From the human T2T-CHM13v2.0 reference genome, Homo sapiens, in assembly GCF_009914755.1 (NCBI RefSeq), contig NC_060925.1: DNA of 64,000 nt, one strand, 5' to 3'. How positions within the stretch are numbered: position 1 is the stretch's first letter; each line of letters opens with the position of its first letter. The notes below the pieces were generated by a model that did no database searches, was not told the DNA's origin, and saw nothing but the letters and a program-made list of their open reading frames with translations. The position numbers and the translations under genes are program-made. Below are positions 39,086 through 51,322 of this stretch, piece by piece.

Positions 39086-41805
39086 GAATGCACACAACAC
39101 AAGGAAGTTACTGGGAATTCTTCTGTCTAGCCTTACATGAAAAAAAAACGTTTCCAACGAAGGCCTCTAAGTGGTCAAAATATCCACGTACAGACTTTAC
39201 AAACAGAGTGTTTCCAAACCGCTGAATGAAAAGAAAAGTTAAACTCTGAGAGTTGAACGCACACATCACGCAGCAGTTTCTGAGAATGATTCTGTCTAGT
39301 TTTTATACGAAGATATTTCCTTTTCTGCCCTTGGCCCCAAAGCGCTTGAAATCTCCACTTGCAAATTCCACAAAAACAGTGTTTCAAATCTGCTCTCTCT
39401 AAATGAAAGTTCAACTCTGTCAGTTGAATACACACAACACAAGGAAGTTACTGAGAATTCTTCTGTCTAGCATAATATGAAGAAATCCCGTTTCCAACGA
39501 AGGCCTCAAAGGGGTCTGAATATCCACTTGCAGACTTTATAAACAGAGTGTTTACTAACTGCTCTATGAAAAGAAAGGTTAAACTCTGTGAGTTGAACAC
39601 ACACATCACAAAGGAGTTTCGGAGAATCATTCTGTCTAGTTTTTCTACGAAGATATTTCCTTTTCTACTATTGACCTCAAAGCGGCTGAAATCTCCACTT
39701 GCAAATTCCACAAAAAGAGTGTTTCAAGTCTGCTCTGTGTAAAGGATCGTTCAACTCTGTGAGTTGAATACACACAACACAAGGAAGTTACTGAGAATTC
39801 TTCTGTCTAGCAGAATATAAAGAAATCCCGTTTCCAACGAAGGCCTCAAAGAGGTCTGAATATCCACTTGCAGACTTTACAAACAGAGTGTTTCCTAACG
39901 GCTCTATGAAAAGAAAAGTTAAACTCTGTGAGTTGAACGCACACATCACAAAGGAGTTTCTGAGAATCGTTCTGTCTAGTTTCTATAGGAAGATATTTCC
40001 TATTCTACCATTGACCTCAAAGCGGCTGAAATCTCCACTTGCAAATTCCACAAAAAGAATGTTTCAAGTCTGCTCTGTGTAAAGGATCGTTCAACTCTGT
40101 GAGTTGAATACACACAACACAAGGAAGTTACTGAGAATTATTCTGTCTAGCATAATATGAAGAAATCCCGTTTCCAACGAAGGCCTCAAAGAGGTCTGAA
40201 TATCCACTTGCAGACTTTACAAACAGAGTGTTTCCTAACTGCTCTATGAAAAGAAAAGTTAAACTCTGTGAGATGAACGCACACATCACAAAGGAGTTTA
40301 TGAGAATCATTCTGTCTAGTCTTTATACGAAGATATTTCCTTTTCTACCATTGACCTCAAAGCGGCTGAAATCTCCACTTGCAAATTCCACAAAAAGAGT
40401 GTTTCAAGTCTGCTCTGTGTAAAGGATCGTTCAACTCTGTGAGTTGAATACACACAACACAAGGAAGTTACTGAGAATTCTTCTGTCTAGCAGAATATGA
40501 AGAAATCCCGTTTCCAACGAAGGCCTCAAGGAGGTCTGAATATCCACTTGCAGACTTTACAAACAGAGTGTTTCCTAACTGCTCTATGAACAGAAAGGTA
40601 AAACTCTGTGAGTTTAACGCACACATCACAAAGGAGTTTCTGAGAATCATTCTGTCTAGTCTTTATACGAAGATATTTACTTTTCTACCATTGACCTCAA
40701 AGCGGCTGAAATCTCCACTTGCAAATTCCACAAAAAGAGTGTTTCAAGTCTGCTCTGTGTAAAGGATCATTCAACTCTGTGAGTTGAATAAACACAACAC
40801 AAGGAAGTTACTGAGAATTCTTCTGTCTAGCAGAATATGAAGAAATCCCGTTTCCAACGAAGGCCTCAAGGAGGTCTGAATATCCACTTGCAGACTTTAC
40901 AAACAGAGTGTTTCCTAACTGCTCTATGAAAAGAAAGGTTAAACTCTGTGAGTTGAACGCACACATCACAAAGGAGTTTATGAGAATCATTCTGTCTAGT
41001 TTCTATAAGAAGATATTTCCTATTCTACCATTGACCTCAAAGCGGCTGAAATCTCCACTTGCAAATTCGACAAAAAGAGTGTTTCAAGCCTGCTCTCTGT
41101 AAAGGATCCTTCAACTCTGTGAGTTGAATACACACAACACAAGGAAGTTACTGAGAATTCTTCTGTCTAGCATAATATGAAGAAATCCCGTTTCCAACGA
41201 AGGCCTCAAAGAGGTCTGAATATCCACTTGCAGACTTTACAAACAGAGTGTTTCCTAACTGCTCTATGAGAAGAAAAGTTAAACTCTGTGAGTTGAACGC
41301 ACACATCACAAAAGATTTTCTGAGAATCATTCTGTCTAGTCTTTATATGGAGATAGTTTCCTTTTCTACCATTGACCTCAAAGCGGCTGAAATCTCCACT
41401 TGCAAATTCCACAAAAAGAGTGTTTCAAGTCTGCTCTGTGTAAAGGATCGTTCAACTCTGTGAGTTGAATACACACAACACAAGGAAGTTTCTGAGAATT
41501 CTTCTGTCTAGCAGAATATGAAGAAATCCCGTTTCCAACGAAGGCCACAAGATGTCAGAATATCCACTTACAGACTTTACAAACAGAGTGTTTCCTAACT
41601 GCTCTATGAACAGAAAGGTTAAACTCTGTGAGTTGAACGAACACATCACAACGCAGTTTGTGGGAATGATTCTGTCTAGTTTTGAAACGAAGATATTTCC
41701 TTTTCTGCCGTTGACCTTAAAGCGCTTGAAATCTACACTTGCAAATTGCACAAATAGAGTGTTTCAAATCTGGTCTGTCTAAGGGAACGTTCAACTCTGT
41801 GAGTT
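39086..41805 (-). repeat. HOR unit U18, full 16-mer (paralog of U15)
   Basis: Shares gtttcggaga, taacggctct, gagatgaacg, tatggagata and aatctggtc with U15. Confidence 0.9.
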
Positions 41806-43844
41806 GAATGCACACAACACAAGGAAGTTACTGGGAATTCTTCTGTCTAGCCTTACATGAAAAAACCCGTTTCCAACGAAGGCCTCTAAGTGGTCAAAAT
41901 ATCCACGTGCAGACTTTACAAACAGAGTGTTTCCAAACCGCTGAATGAAAAGAAAAGTTAAACTCTGAGAGTTGAACGCACACATCACGCAGCAGTTTCT
42001 GAGAATGATTCTGTCTAGTTTTTATACGAAGATATTTCCTTTTCTGCCTTTGGCCCCAAAGCGCTTGAAATCTCCACTTGCAAATTCCACAAAAACAGTG
42101 TTTCAAATCTGCTCTCTCTAAATGAAAGTTCAACTCTGTCAGTTGAATACACACAACACAAGGAAGTTACTGAGAATTCTTCTGTCTAGCATAATATGAA
42201 GAAATCCCGTTTCCAACGAAGGCCTCAAAGGGGTCTGAATATCCACTTGCAGACTTTATAAACAGAGTGTTTACTAACTGCTCTATGAAAAGAAAGGTTA
42301 AACTCTGTGAGTTGAACACACACATCACAAAGGAGTTTCTGAGAATCATTCTGTCTAGTTTTTCTACGAAGATATTTCCTTTTCTACTATTGACCTCAAC
42401 GCGGCTGAAATCTCCACTTGCAAATTCCACAAAAAGAATGTTTCAAGTCTGCTCTGTGTAAAGGACCGTTCAACTCTGTGAGTTGAATACACACAACACA
42501 AGGAAGTTACTGAGAATTCTTCTGTCTAGCAGAATAGGAAGAAATCCCGTTTCCAACGAAGGCCTCAAAGAGGTCTGAATATCCACTTGCAGACTTTACA
42601 AACAGAGTGTTTCCTAACTGCTCTATGAAAAGAAAGGTTAAACTCTGTGAGTTGAACACACACATCACAAAGGAGTTTCTGAGAATCGTTCTGTCTAGTT
42701 TCTATAGGAAGATATTTCCTATTCTACCATTGACCTCAAAGCGGCTGAAATCTCCACTTGCAAATTCCACAAAAAGAATGTTTCAAGTCTGCTCTGTGTA
42801 AAGGACCGTTCAACTCTGTGATTTGAATACACACAACACAAGGAAGTTACTGAGAATTATTCTGTCTAGCAGAATATGAAGAAATCCCGTTTCCAACGAA
42901 GGCCCCAAAGAGGTCTGAATATCCACTTTCAGACTTTACAAACAGAGTGTTTCCTAACTGCTCTATGAAAAGAAAAGTTAAACTCTGTGAGTTGAACGCA
43001 CACATCACAAAGGAGTTTATGAGAATCATTCTGTCTAGTCTTTATACGAAGATATTTCCTTTTCTACCATTGACCTCAAAGCGGCTGAAATCTCCACTTG
43101 CAAATTCGACAAAAAGAGTGTTTCAAGCCTGCTCTCTGTAAAGGATCCTTCAACTCTGTGAGTTGAATACACACAACACAAGGAAGTTACTGAGAATTAT
43201 TCTGTCTAGCATAATATGAAGAAATCCCGTTTCCAACGAAGGCCTCAAAGAGGTCTGAATATCCACTTGCAGACTTTACAAACAGAGTGTTTCCTAACTG
43301 CTCTATGAGAAGAAAAGTTAAACTCTGTGAGTTGAACGCACACATCACAAAAGATTTTCTGAGAATCATTCTGTCTAGTCTTTATATGAAGATAGTTTCC
43401 TTTTCTACCATTGACCTCAAAGCGGCTGAAATCTCCACTTGCAAATTCCACAAAAAGAGTGTTTCAAGTCTGCTCTGTGTAAAGGATCGTTCAACTCTGT
43501 GAGTTGAATAAACACAACACAAGGAAGTTACTGAGAATTCTTCTGTCTAGCAGAATATGAAGAAATCCCGTTTCCAACGAAGGCCACAAGATGTCAGAAT
43601 ATCCACTTGCAGACTTTACAAACAGAGTGTTTCCTAACTGCTCTATGAACAGAAAGGTTAAACTCTGTGAGTTGAACGAACACATCACAACGCAGTTTGT
43701 GGGAATGATTCTGTCTAGTTTTGAAACGAAGATATTTCCTTTTCTGCCGTTGACCTTAAAGCGCTTGAAATCTACACTTGCAAATTGCACAAATAGAGTG
43801 TTTCAAATCTGCTCTGTCTAAGGGAACGTTCAACTCTGTGAGTT
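41806..43844 (-). repeat. HOR unit U19, 12-mer A B C D/F G H
   Basis: 2039 bp; U16-type D front joined to an F end (ttcgac, agcctg, ggatcc). Confidence 0.88.
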
Positions 43845-46563
43845 GAATGCACACAACACAAGGAAGTTACTGGGAATTCTTCTGTCTAGCCTTACATGAA
43901 AAAACCCGTTTCCAACGAAGGCCTCTAAGTGGTCAAAATATACACGTGCAGACTTTACAAACAGAGTGTTTCCAAACCGCTGAATGAAAAGAAAAGTTAA
44001 GCTCTGAGAGTTGAACGCACACACCACGCAGCAGTTTCTGAGAATGATTCTGTCTAGTTTTTATACGAAGATATTTCCTTTTCTGCCTTTGGCCCCAAAG
44101 CGCTTGAAATCTCCACTTGCAAATTCCACAAAAACAGTGTTTCAAATCTGCTCTCTCTAAATGAAAGTTCAACTCTGTCAGTTGAATACACACAACACAA
44201 GGAAGTTACTGAGAATTCTTCTGTCTAGCATAATATGAAGAAATCCCGTTTCCAACGAAGGCCTCAAAGGGGTCTGAATATCCACTTGCAGACTTTATAA
44301 ACAGAGTGTTTACTAACTGCTCTATGAAAAGAAAGGTTAAACTCTGTGAGTTGAACACACACATCACAAAGGAGTTTCTGAGAATCATTCTGTCTAGTTT
44401 TTCTACGAAGATATTTCCTTTTCTACTATTGACCTGAAAGCGGCTGAAATCTCCACTTGCAAATTCCACAAAAAGAGTGTTTCAAGTCTGCTCTGTGTAA
44501 AGGATCGTTCAACTCTGTGAGTAGAATACACACAACACAAGGAAGTCACTGAGAATTCTTCTGTCTAGCAGAATATGAAGAAATCCCGTTTCCAACGAAG
44601 GCCTCAAGGAGGTCTGAATATCCACTTGCAGACTTTACAAACAGAGTGTTTCCTAACTGCTCTGTGAAAAGAAAAGTTAAACTCTGTGAGTTGAACGCAC
44701 ACATCACAAAGGAGTTTCTGAGAATCGTTCTGTCTATTTTCTATAGGAAGATATTTCCTATTCTACCAATGACCTCAAAGCGGCTGAAATCTCCACTTGC
44801 AAATTCCACAAAAAGAATGTTTCAAGTCTGCTCTGTGTAAAGGATCGTTCAACTCTGTGAGTTGAATACACACAACACAAGGAAGTTACTGAGAATTATT
44901 CTGTCTAGCATAATATGAAGAAATCCCGTTTCCAACGAAGGCCTCAAAGAGGTCTGAATATCCACTTGCAGACTTTACAAACAGAGTGTTTCCTAACTGC
45001 TCTATGAAAAGAAAAGTTAAACTCTGTGAGTTGAACGCACACATCACAAAGGAGTTTATGAGAATCATTCTGTCTAGTCTTTATACGAAGATATTTCCTT
45101 TTCTACCATTGACCTCAAAGCGGCTGAAATCTCCACTTGCAAATTCCACAAAAAGAGTGTTTCAAGTCTGCTCTGTGTAAAGGATCGTTCAACTCTGTGA
45201 GTAGAATACACACAACACAAGGAAGTTACTGAGAATTCTTCTGTCTAGCAGAATATGAAGAAATCCCGTTTCCAACGAAGGCCTCAAGGAGGTCTGAATA
45301 TCCACTTGCAGACTTTAAAACAGAGTGTTTCCTAACTGCTCTATGAACAGAAAGGTTAAACTCTGTGAGTTGAACGCACACATCACAAAGGAGTTTCTGA
45401 GAATCATTCTGTCTAGTCTTTATACGAAGATATTTACTTTTCTACCATTGACTTCAAAGCGGCTGAAATCTCCACTTGCAAATTCCACAAAAAGAGTGTT
45501 TCAAGTCTGCTCTGTGTAAAGGATCATTCAACTCTGTGAGTTGAATAAACACAACACAAGGAAGTTACTGAGAATTATTCTGTCTAGCATAATATGAAGA
45601 AATCCCGTTTCCAACGAAGGCCTCAAAGAGGTCTGAATATCCACTTGCAGACTTTACAAACAGAGTGTTTCCTAACTGCTCTATGAGAAGAAAAGTTAAA
45701 CTCTGTGAGTTGAACGCACACATCACAAAAGATTTTCTGAGAATCATTCTGTCTAGTCTTTATATGAAGATAGTTTCCTTTTCTACCATTGACCTCAAAG
45801 CGGCTGAAATCTCCACTTGCAAATTCCGCAAAAAGAGTGTTTCAAGTCTGCTCTGTGTAAAGGATCGTTCAACTCTGTGAGTTGAATACACACAACACAA
45901 GGAAGTTACTGAGAATTCTTCTGTCTAGCATAATATGAAGAAATCCCGTTTCCAACGAAGGCCTCAAAGAGGTCTGAATATCCACTTGCAGACTTTACAA
46001 ACAGAGTGTTTCCTAACTGCTCTATGAGAAGAAAAGTTAAACTCTGTGAGTTGAACGCACACATCTCAAAAGATTTTCTGAGAATCATTCTGTCTAGTCT
46101 TTATATGAAGATAGTTTCCTTTTCTACCATTGACCTCAAAGCGGCTGAAATCTCCACTTGCAAATTCCACAAAAAGAGTGTTTCAAGTCTGCTCTGTGTA
46201 AAGGATCGTTCAACTCTGTGAGTTGAATACACACAACACAAGGAAGTTACTGAGAATTCTTCTGTCTAGAAGAATATGAAGAAATCCCGTTTCCAACGAA
46301 GGCCACAAGATGTCAGAATATCCACTTGCAGACTTTACAAACAGAGTGTTTCCTAACTGCTCTATGAACAGAAAGGTTAAACTCTGTGAGTTGAAGGAAC
46401 ACATCACAACGCAGTTTGTGGGAATGATTCTGTCTAGTTTTGAAACGAAGATATTTCCTTTTCTGCCGTTGACCTTAAAGCGCTTGAAATCTACACTTGC
46501 AAATTGCACAAATAGAGTGTTTCAAATCTGCTCTGTCTAAGGGAACGTTCAACTCTGTGAGTT
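43845..46563 (-). repeat. HOR unit U20, mosaic 16-mer A B F/C D E G G H
   Basis: Two G dimers 341 bp apart (45665, 46006); the third dimer has an F-type front and a C back. Confidence 0.86.
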
Positions 46564-48942
46564 GAATGCACACAACACAAGGAAGTTACTGGGAATTCTT
46601 CTGTCTAGCCTTACAAGAAAAAAACCCGTTTCCAACGAAGGCCTCTAAGTGGTCAAAATATCCACGTGCAGACTTTACAAACAGAGTGTTTCCAAACCGC
46701 TGAATGAAAAGAAAAGTTAAACTCTGAGAGTTCAACGCACACATCACGCAGCAGTTTCTGAGAATGATTCTGTCTAGTTTTTATACGAAGATATTTCCTT
46801 TTCTGCCTTTGGCCCCAAAGCCCTTGAAATCTCCACTTGCAAATTCCACAAAAACAGTGTTTCAAATCTGCTCTCTCTAAATGAAAGTTCAACTCTGTCA
46901 GTTGAATACACACAACACAAGGAAGTTACTGAGAATTCTTCTGTCTAGCATAATATGAAGAAATCCCGTTTCCAACGAAGGCCTCAAAGGGGTCTGAATA
47001 TCCACTTGCAGACTTTATAAACAGAGTGTTTACTAACTGCTCTATGAAAAGAAAGGTTAAACTCTGTGAGTTGAACACACACATCACAAAGGAGTTTCTG
47101 AGAATCATTCTGTCTAGTTTTTCTACGAAGATATTTCCTTTTCTACTATTGACCTGAAAGCGGCTGAAATCTCCACTTGCAAATTCCACAAAAAGAGTGT
47201 TTCAAGTCTGCTCTGTGTAAAGGATCGTTCAACTCTGTGAGTTGAATACACACAACACAAGGAAGTTACTGAGAATTCTTCTTTCTAGCAGAATAGGAAG
47301 AAATCCCGTTTCCAACGAAGGCCTCAAAGAGGTCTGAATATCCACTTGCAGACTTTACAAACAGAGTGTTTCCTAACTGCTCTATGAAAAGAAAAGTTAA
47401 ACTCTGTGAGTTGAACGCACACATCACAAAGGAGTTTCTGAGAATCGTTCTGTCTATTTTCTATAGGAAGATATTTCCTATTCTACCAATGACCTCAAAG
47501 CGGCTGAAATCTCCACTTGCAAATTCCACAAAAAGAATGTTTCAAGTCTGCTCTGTGTAAAGGATCGTTCAACTCTGTGAGTTGAATACACACAACACAA
47601 GGAAGTTACTGAGAATTATTCTGTCTAGCATAATATGAAGAAATCCCGTTTCCAACGAAGGCCTCAAAGAGGTCTGAATATCCACTTGCAGACTTTACAA
47701 ACAGAGTGTTTCCTAACTGCTCTATGAAAAGAAAAGTTAAACTCTGTGAGTTGAACGCACACATCACAAAGGAGTTTATGAGAATCATTCTGTCTAGTCT
47801 TTATACGAAGATATTTCCTTTTCTACCATTGACCTCAAAGCGGCTGAAATCTCCACTTGCAAATTCCACAAAAAGAGTGTTTCAAGTCTGCTCTGTGTAA
47901 AGGATCGTTCAACTCTGTGAGTAGAATACACACAACACAAGGAAGTTACTGAGAATTCTTCTGTCTAGCAGAATATGAAGAAATCCCGTTTCCAACGAAG
48001 GCCTCAAGGAGGTCTGAATATCCACTTGCAGACTTTAAAACAGAGTGTTTCCTAACTGCTCTATGAACAGAAAGGTTAAACTCTGTGAGTTGAACGCACA
48101 CATCACAAAGGAGTTTCTGAGAATCATTCTGTCTAGTCTTTATACGAAGATATTTACTTTTCTACCATTGACTTCAAAGCGGCTGAAATCTCCACTTGCA
48201 AATTCCACAAAAAGAGTGTTTCAAGTCTGCTCTGTGTAAAGGATCATTCAACTCTGTGAGTTGAATAAACACAACACAAGGAAGTTACTGAGAATTATTC
48301 TGTCTAGGATAATATGAAGAAATCCCGTTTCCAACGAAGGCCTCAAAGAGGTCTGAATATCCACTTGCAGACTTTACAAACAGAGTGTTTCCTAACTGCT
48401 CTATGAGAAGAAAAGTTAAACTCTGTGAGTTGAACGCACACATCACAAAAGATTTTCTGAGAATCATTCTGTCTAGTCTTTATATGAAGATAGTTTCCTT
48501 TTCTACCATTGACCTCAAAGCGGCTGAAATCTCCACTTGCAAATTCCGCAAAAAGAGTGTTTCAAGTCTGCTCTGTGTAAAGGATCGTTCAACTCTGTGA
48601 GTTGAATACACACAACACAAGGAAGTTACTGAGAATTCTTCTGTCTAGCAGAAGATGAAGAAATCCCGTTTCCAACGAAGGCCACAAGATGTCAGAATAT
48701 CCACTTGCAGACTTTACAAACAGAGTGTTTCCTAACTGCTCTATGAACAGAAAGGTTAAACTCTGTGAGTTGAACGAACACATCACAACGCAGTTTGTGG
48801 GAATGATTCTGTCTAGTTTTGAAACGAAGATATTTCCTTTTCTGCCGTTGACCTTAAAGCGCTTGAAATCTACACTTGCAAATTGCACAAATAGAGTGTT
48901 TCAAATCTGCTCTGTCTAAGGGAACGTTCAACTCTGTGAGTT
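46564..48942 (-). repeat. HOR unit U21, 14-mer A B C D E G H
   Basis: 2379 bp; U9-type markers in C-H. Confidence 0.9.
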
Positions 48943-51322
48943 GAATGCACACAACACAAGGAAGTTACTGGGAATTCTTCTGTCTAGCCTTACATGAAAA
49001 AAACCCGTTTCCAACGAAGGCCTCTAAGTGGTCAAAATATCCACGTGCAGACTTTACAAACAGAGTGTTTCCAAACCGCTGAATGAAAAGAAAAGTTAAA
49101 CTCTGAGAGTTGAACGCACACATCACGCAGCAGTTTCTGAGAATGATTCTGTCTAGTTTTTATACGAAGATATTTCCTTTTCTGCCTTTGGCCCCAAAGC
49201 GCTTGAAATCTCCACTTGCAAATTCCACAAAAACAGTGTTTCAAATCTGCTCTCTCTAAATGAAAGTTCAACTCTGTCAGTTGAATACACACAACACAAG
49301 GAAGTTACTGAGAATTCTTCTGTCTAGCATAATATGAAGAAATCCCGTTTCCAACGAAGGCCTCAAAGGGGTCTGAATATCCACTTGCAGACTTTATAAA
49401 CAGAGTGTTTACTAACTGCTCTATGAAAAGAAAGGTTAAACTCTGTGAGTTGAACACACACATCACAAAGGAGTTTCTGAGAATCATTCTGTCTAGTTTT
49501 TCTACGAAGATATTTCCTTTTCTACTATTGACCTGAAAGCGGCTGAAATCTCCAATTGCAAATTCCACAAAAACAGTGTTTCAAGTCTGCTCTGTGTAAA
49601 GGATCGTTCAACTCTGTGAGTTGAATACACACAACACAAGGAAGTTACTGAGAATTCTTCTGTCTAGCAGAATAGGAAGAAATCCCGTTTCCAACGAAGG
49701 CCTCAAAGAGGTCTGAATATCCACTTGCAGACTTTACAAACAGAGTGTTTCCTAACTGCTCTACGAAAAGAAAAGTTAAACTCTGTGAGTTGAACGCACA
49801 CATCACAAAGGAGTTTCTGAGAATCGTTCTGTCTAGTTTCTATAGGAAGATATTTCCTATTCTACCATTGACCTCAAAGCGGCTGAAATCTCCACTTGCA
49901 AATTCCACAAAAAGAATGTTTCAAGTCTGCTCTGTGTAAAGGATCGTTCAACTCTGTGAGTTGAATACACACAACACAAGGAAGTTACTGAGAATTATTC
50001 TGTCTAGCATAATATGAAGAAATCCCGTTTCCAGCGAAGGCCTCAAAGAGGTCTGAATATCCACTTGCAGACTTTAGAAACAGAGTGTTTCCTAACTGCT
50101 CTATGAAAAGAAAAGTTAAACTCTGTGAGTTGAACGCACACATCACAAAGGAGTTTATGAGAATCATTCTGTCTAGTCTTTATACGAAGATATTTCCTTT
50201 TCTACCATTGACCTCAAAGCGGCTGAAATCTCCACTTTCAAATTCCACAAAAAGAGTGTTTCAAGTCTGCTCTGTGTAAAGGATCGTTCAACTCTGTGAG
50301 TAGAATACACACAACACAAGGAAGTTACTGAGAATTCTTCTGTCTAGCAGAATATGAAGAAATCCCGTTTCCAACGAAGGCCTCAAGGAGGTCTGAATAT
50401 CCACTTGCAGACTTTACAAACAGAGTGTTTCCTAACTGCTCTATGAAAAGAAAGGTTAAACTCTGTGAGTTGAACGCACACATCACAAAGGAGTTTATGA
50501 GAATCATTCTGTCTAGTTTCTATAAGAAGATATTTCCTATTCTACCATTGACCTCAAAGCGGCTGAAATCTCCACTTGCAAATTCCACAAAAAGAGTGTT
50601 TCAAGCCTGCTCTCTGTAAAGGATCCTTCAACTCTGTGAGTTGAATACACACAACACAAGGAAGTTACTGAGAATTATTCTGTCTAGCATAATATGAAGA
50701 AATCCCGTTTCCAACGAAGGCCTCAAAGAGGTCTGAATATCCACTTGCACACTTTACAAACAGAGTGTTTCCTAACTGCTCTATGAGAAGAAAAGTTAAA
50801 CTCTGTGAGTTGAACGCACACATCACAAAAGATTTTCTGAGAATCATTCTGTCTAGTCTTTATATGAAGATAGTTTCCTTTTCTACCATTGACCTCAAAG
50901 CGGCTGAAATCTCCACTTGCAAATTCCACAAAAAGAGTGTTTCAAGTCTGCTCTGTGTAAAGGATCGTTCAACTCTGTGAGTTGAATACACACAACACAA
51001 GGAAGTTACTGAGAATTCTTCTGTCTAGCAGAAGATGAAGAAATCCCGTTTCCAACGAAGGCCACAAGATGTCAGAATATCCACTTGCAGACTTTACAAA
51101 CAGAGTGTTTCCTAACTGCTCTATGAACAGAAAGGTTAAACTCTGTGAGTTGAACGAACACATCACAACGCAGTTTGTGGGAATGATTCTGTCTAGTTTT
51201 GAAACGAAGATATTTCCTTTTCTGCCGTTGACCTTAAAGCGCTTGAAATCTACACTTGCAAATTGCACAAATAGAGTGTTTCAAATCTGCTCTGTCTAAG
51301 GGAACGTTCAACTCTGTGAGTT
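48943..51322 (-). repeat. HOR unit U22, 14-mer A B C D F G H
   Basis: U10-type markers (caattgc, ccagcgaag, tttagaaa). Confidence 0.9.
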
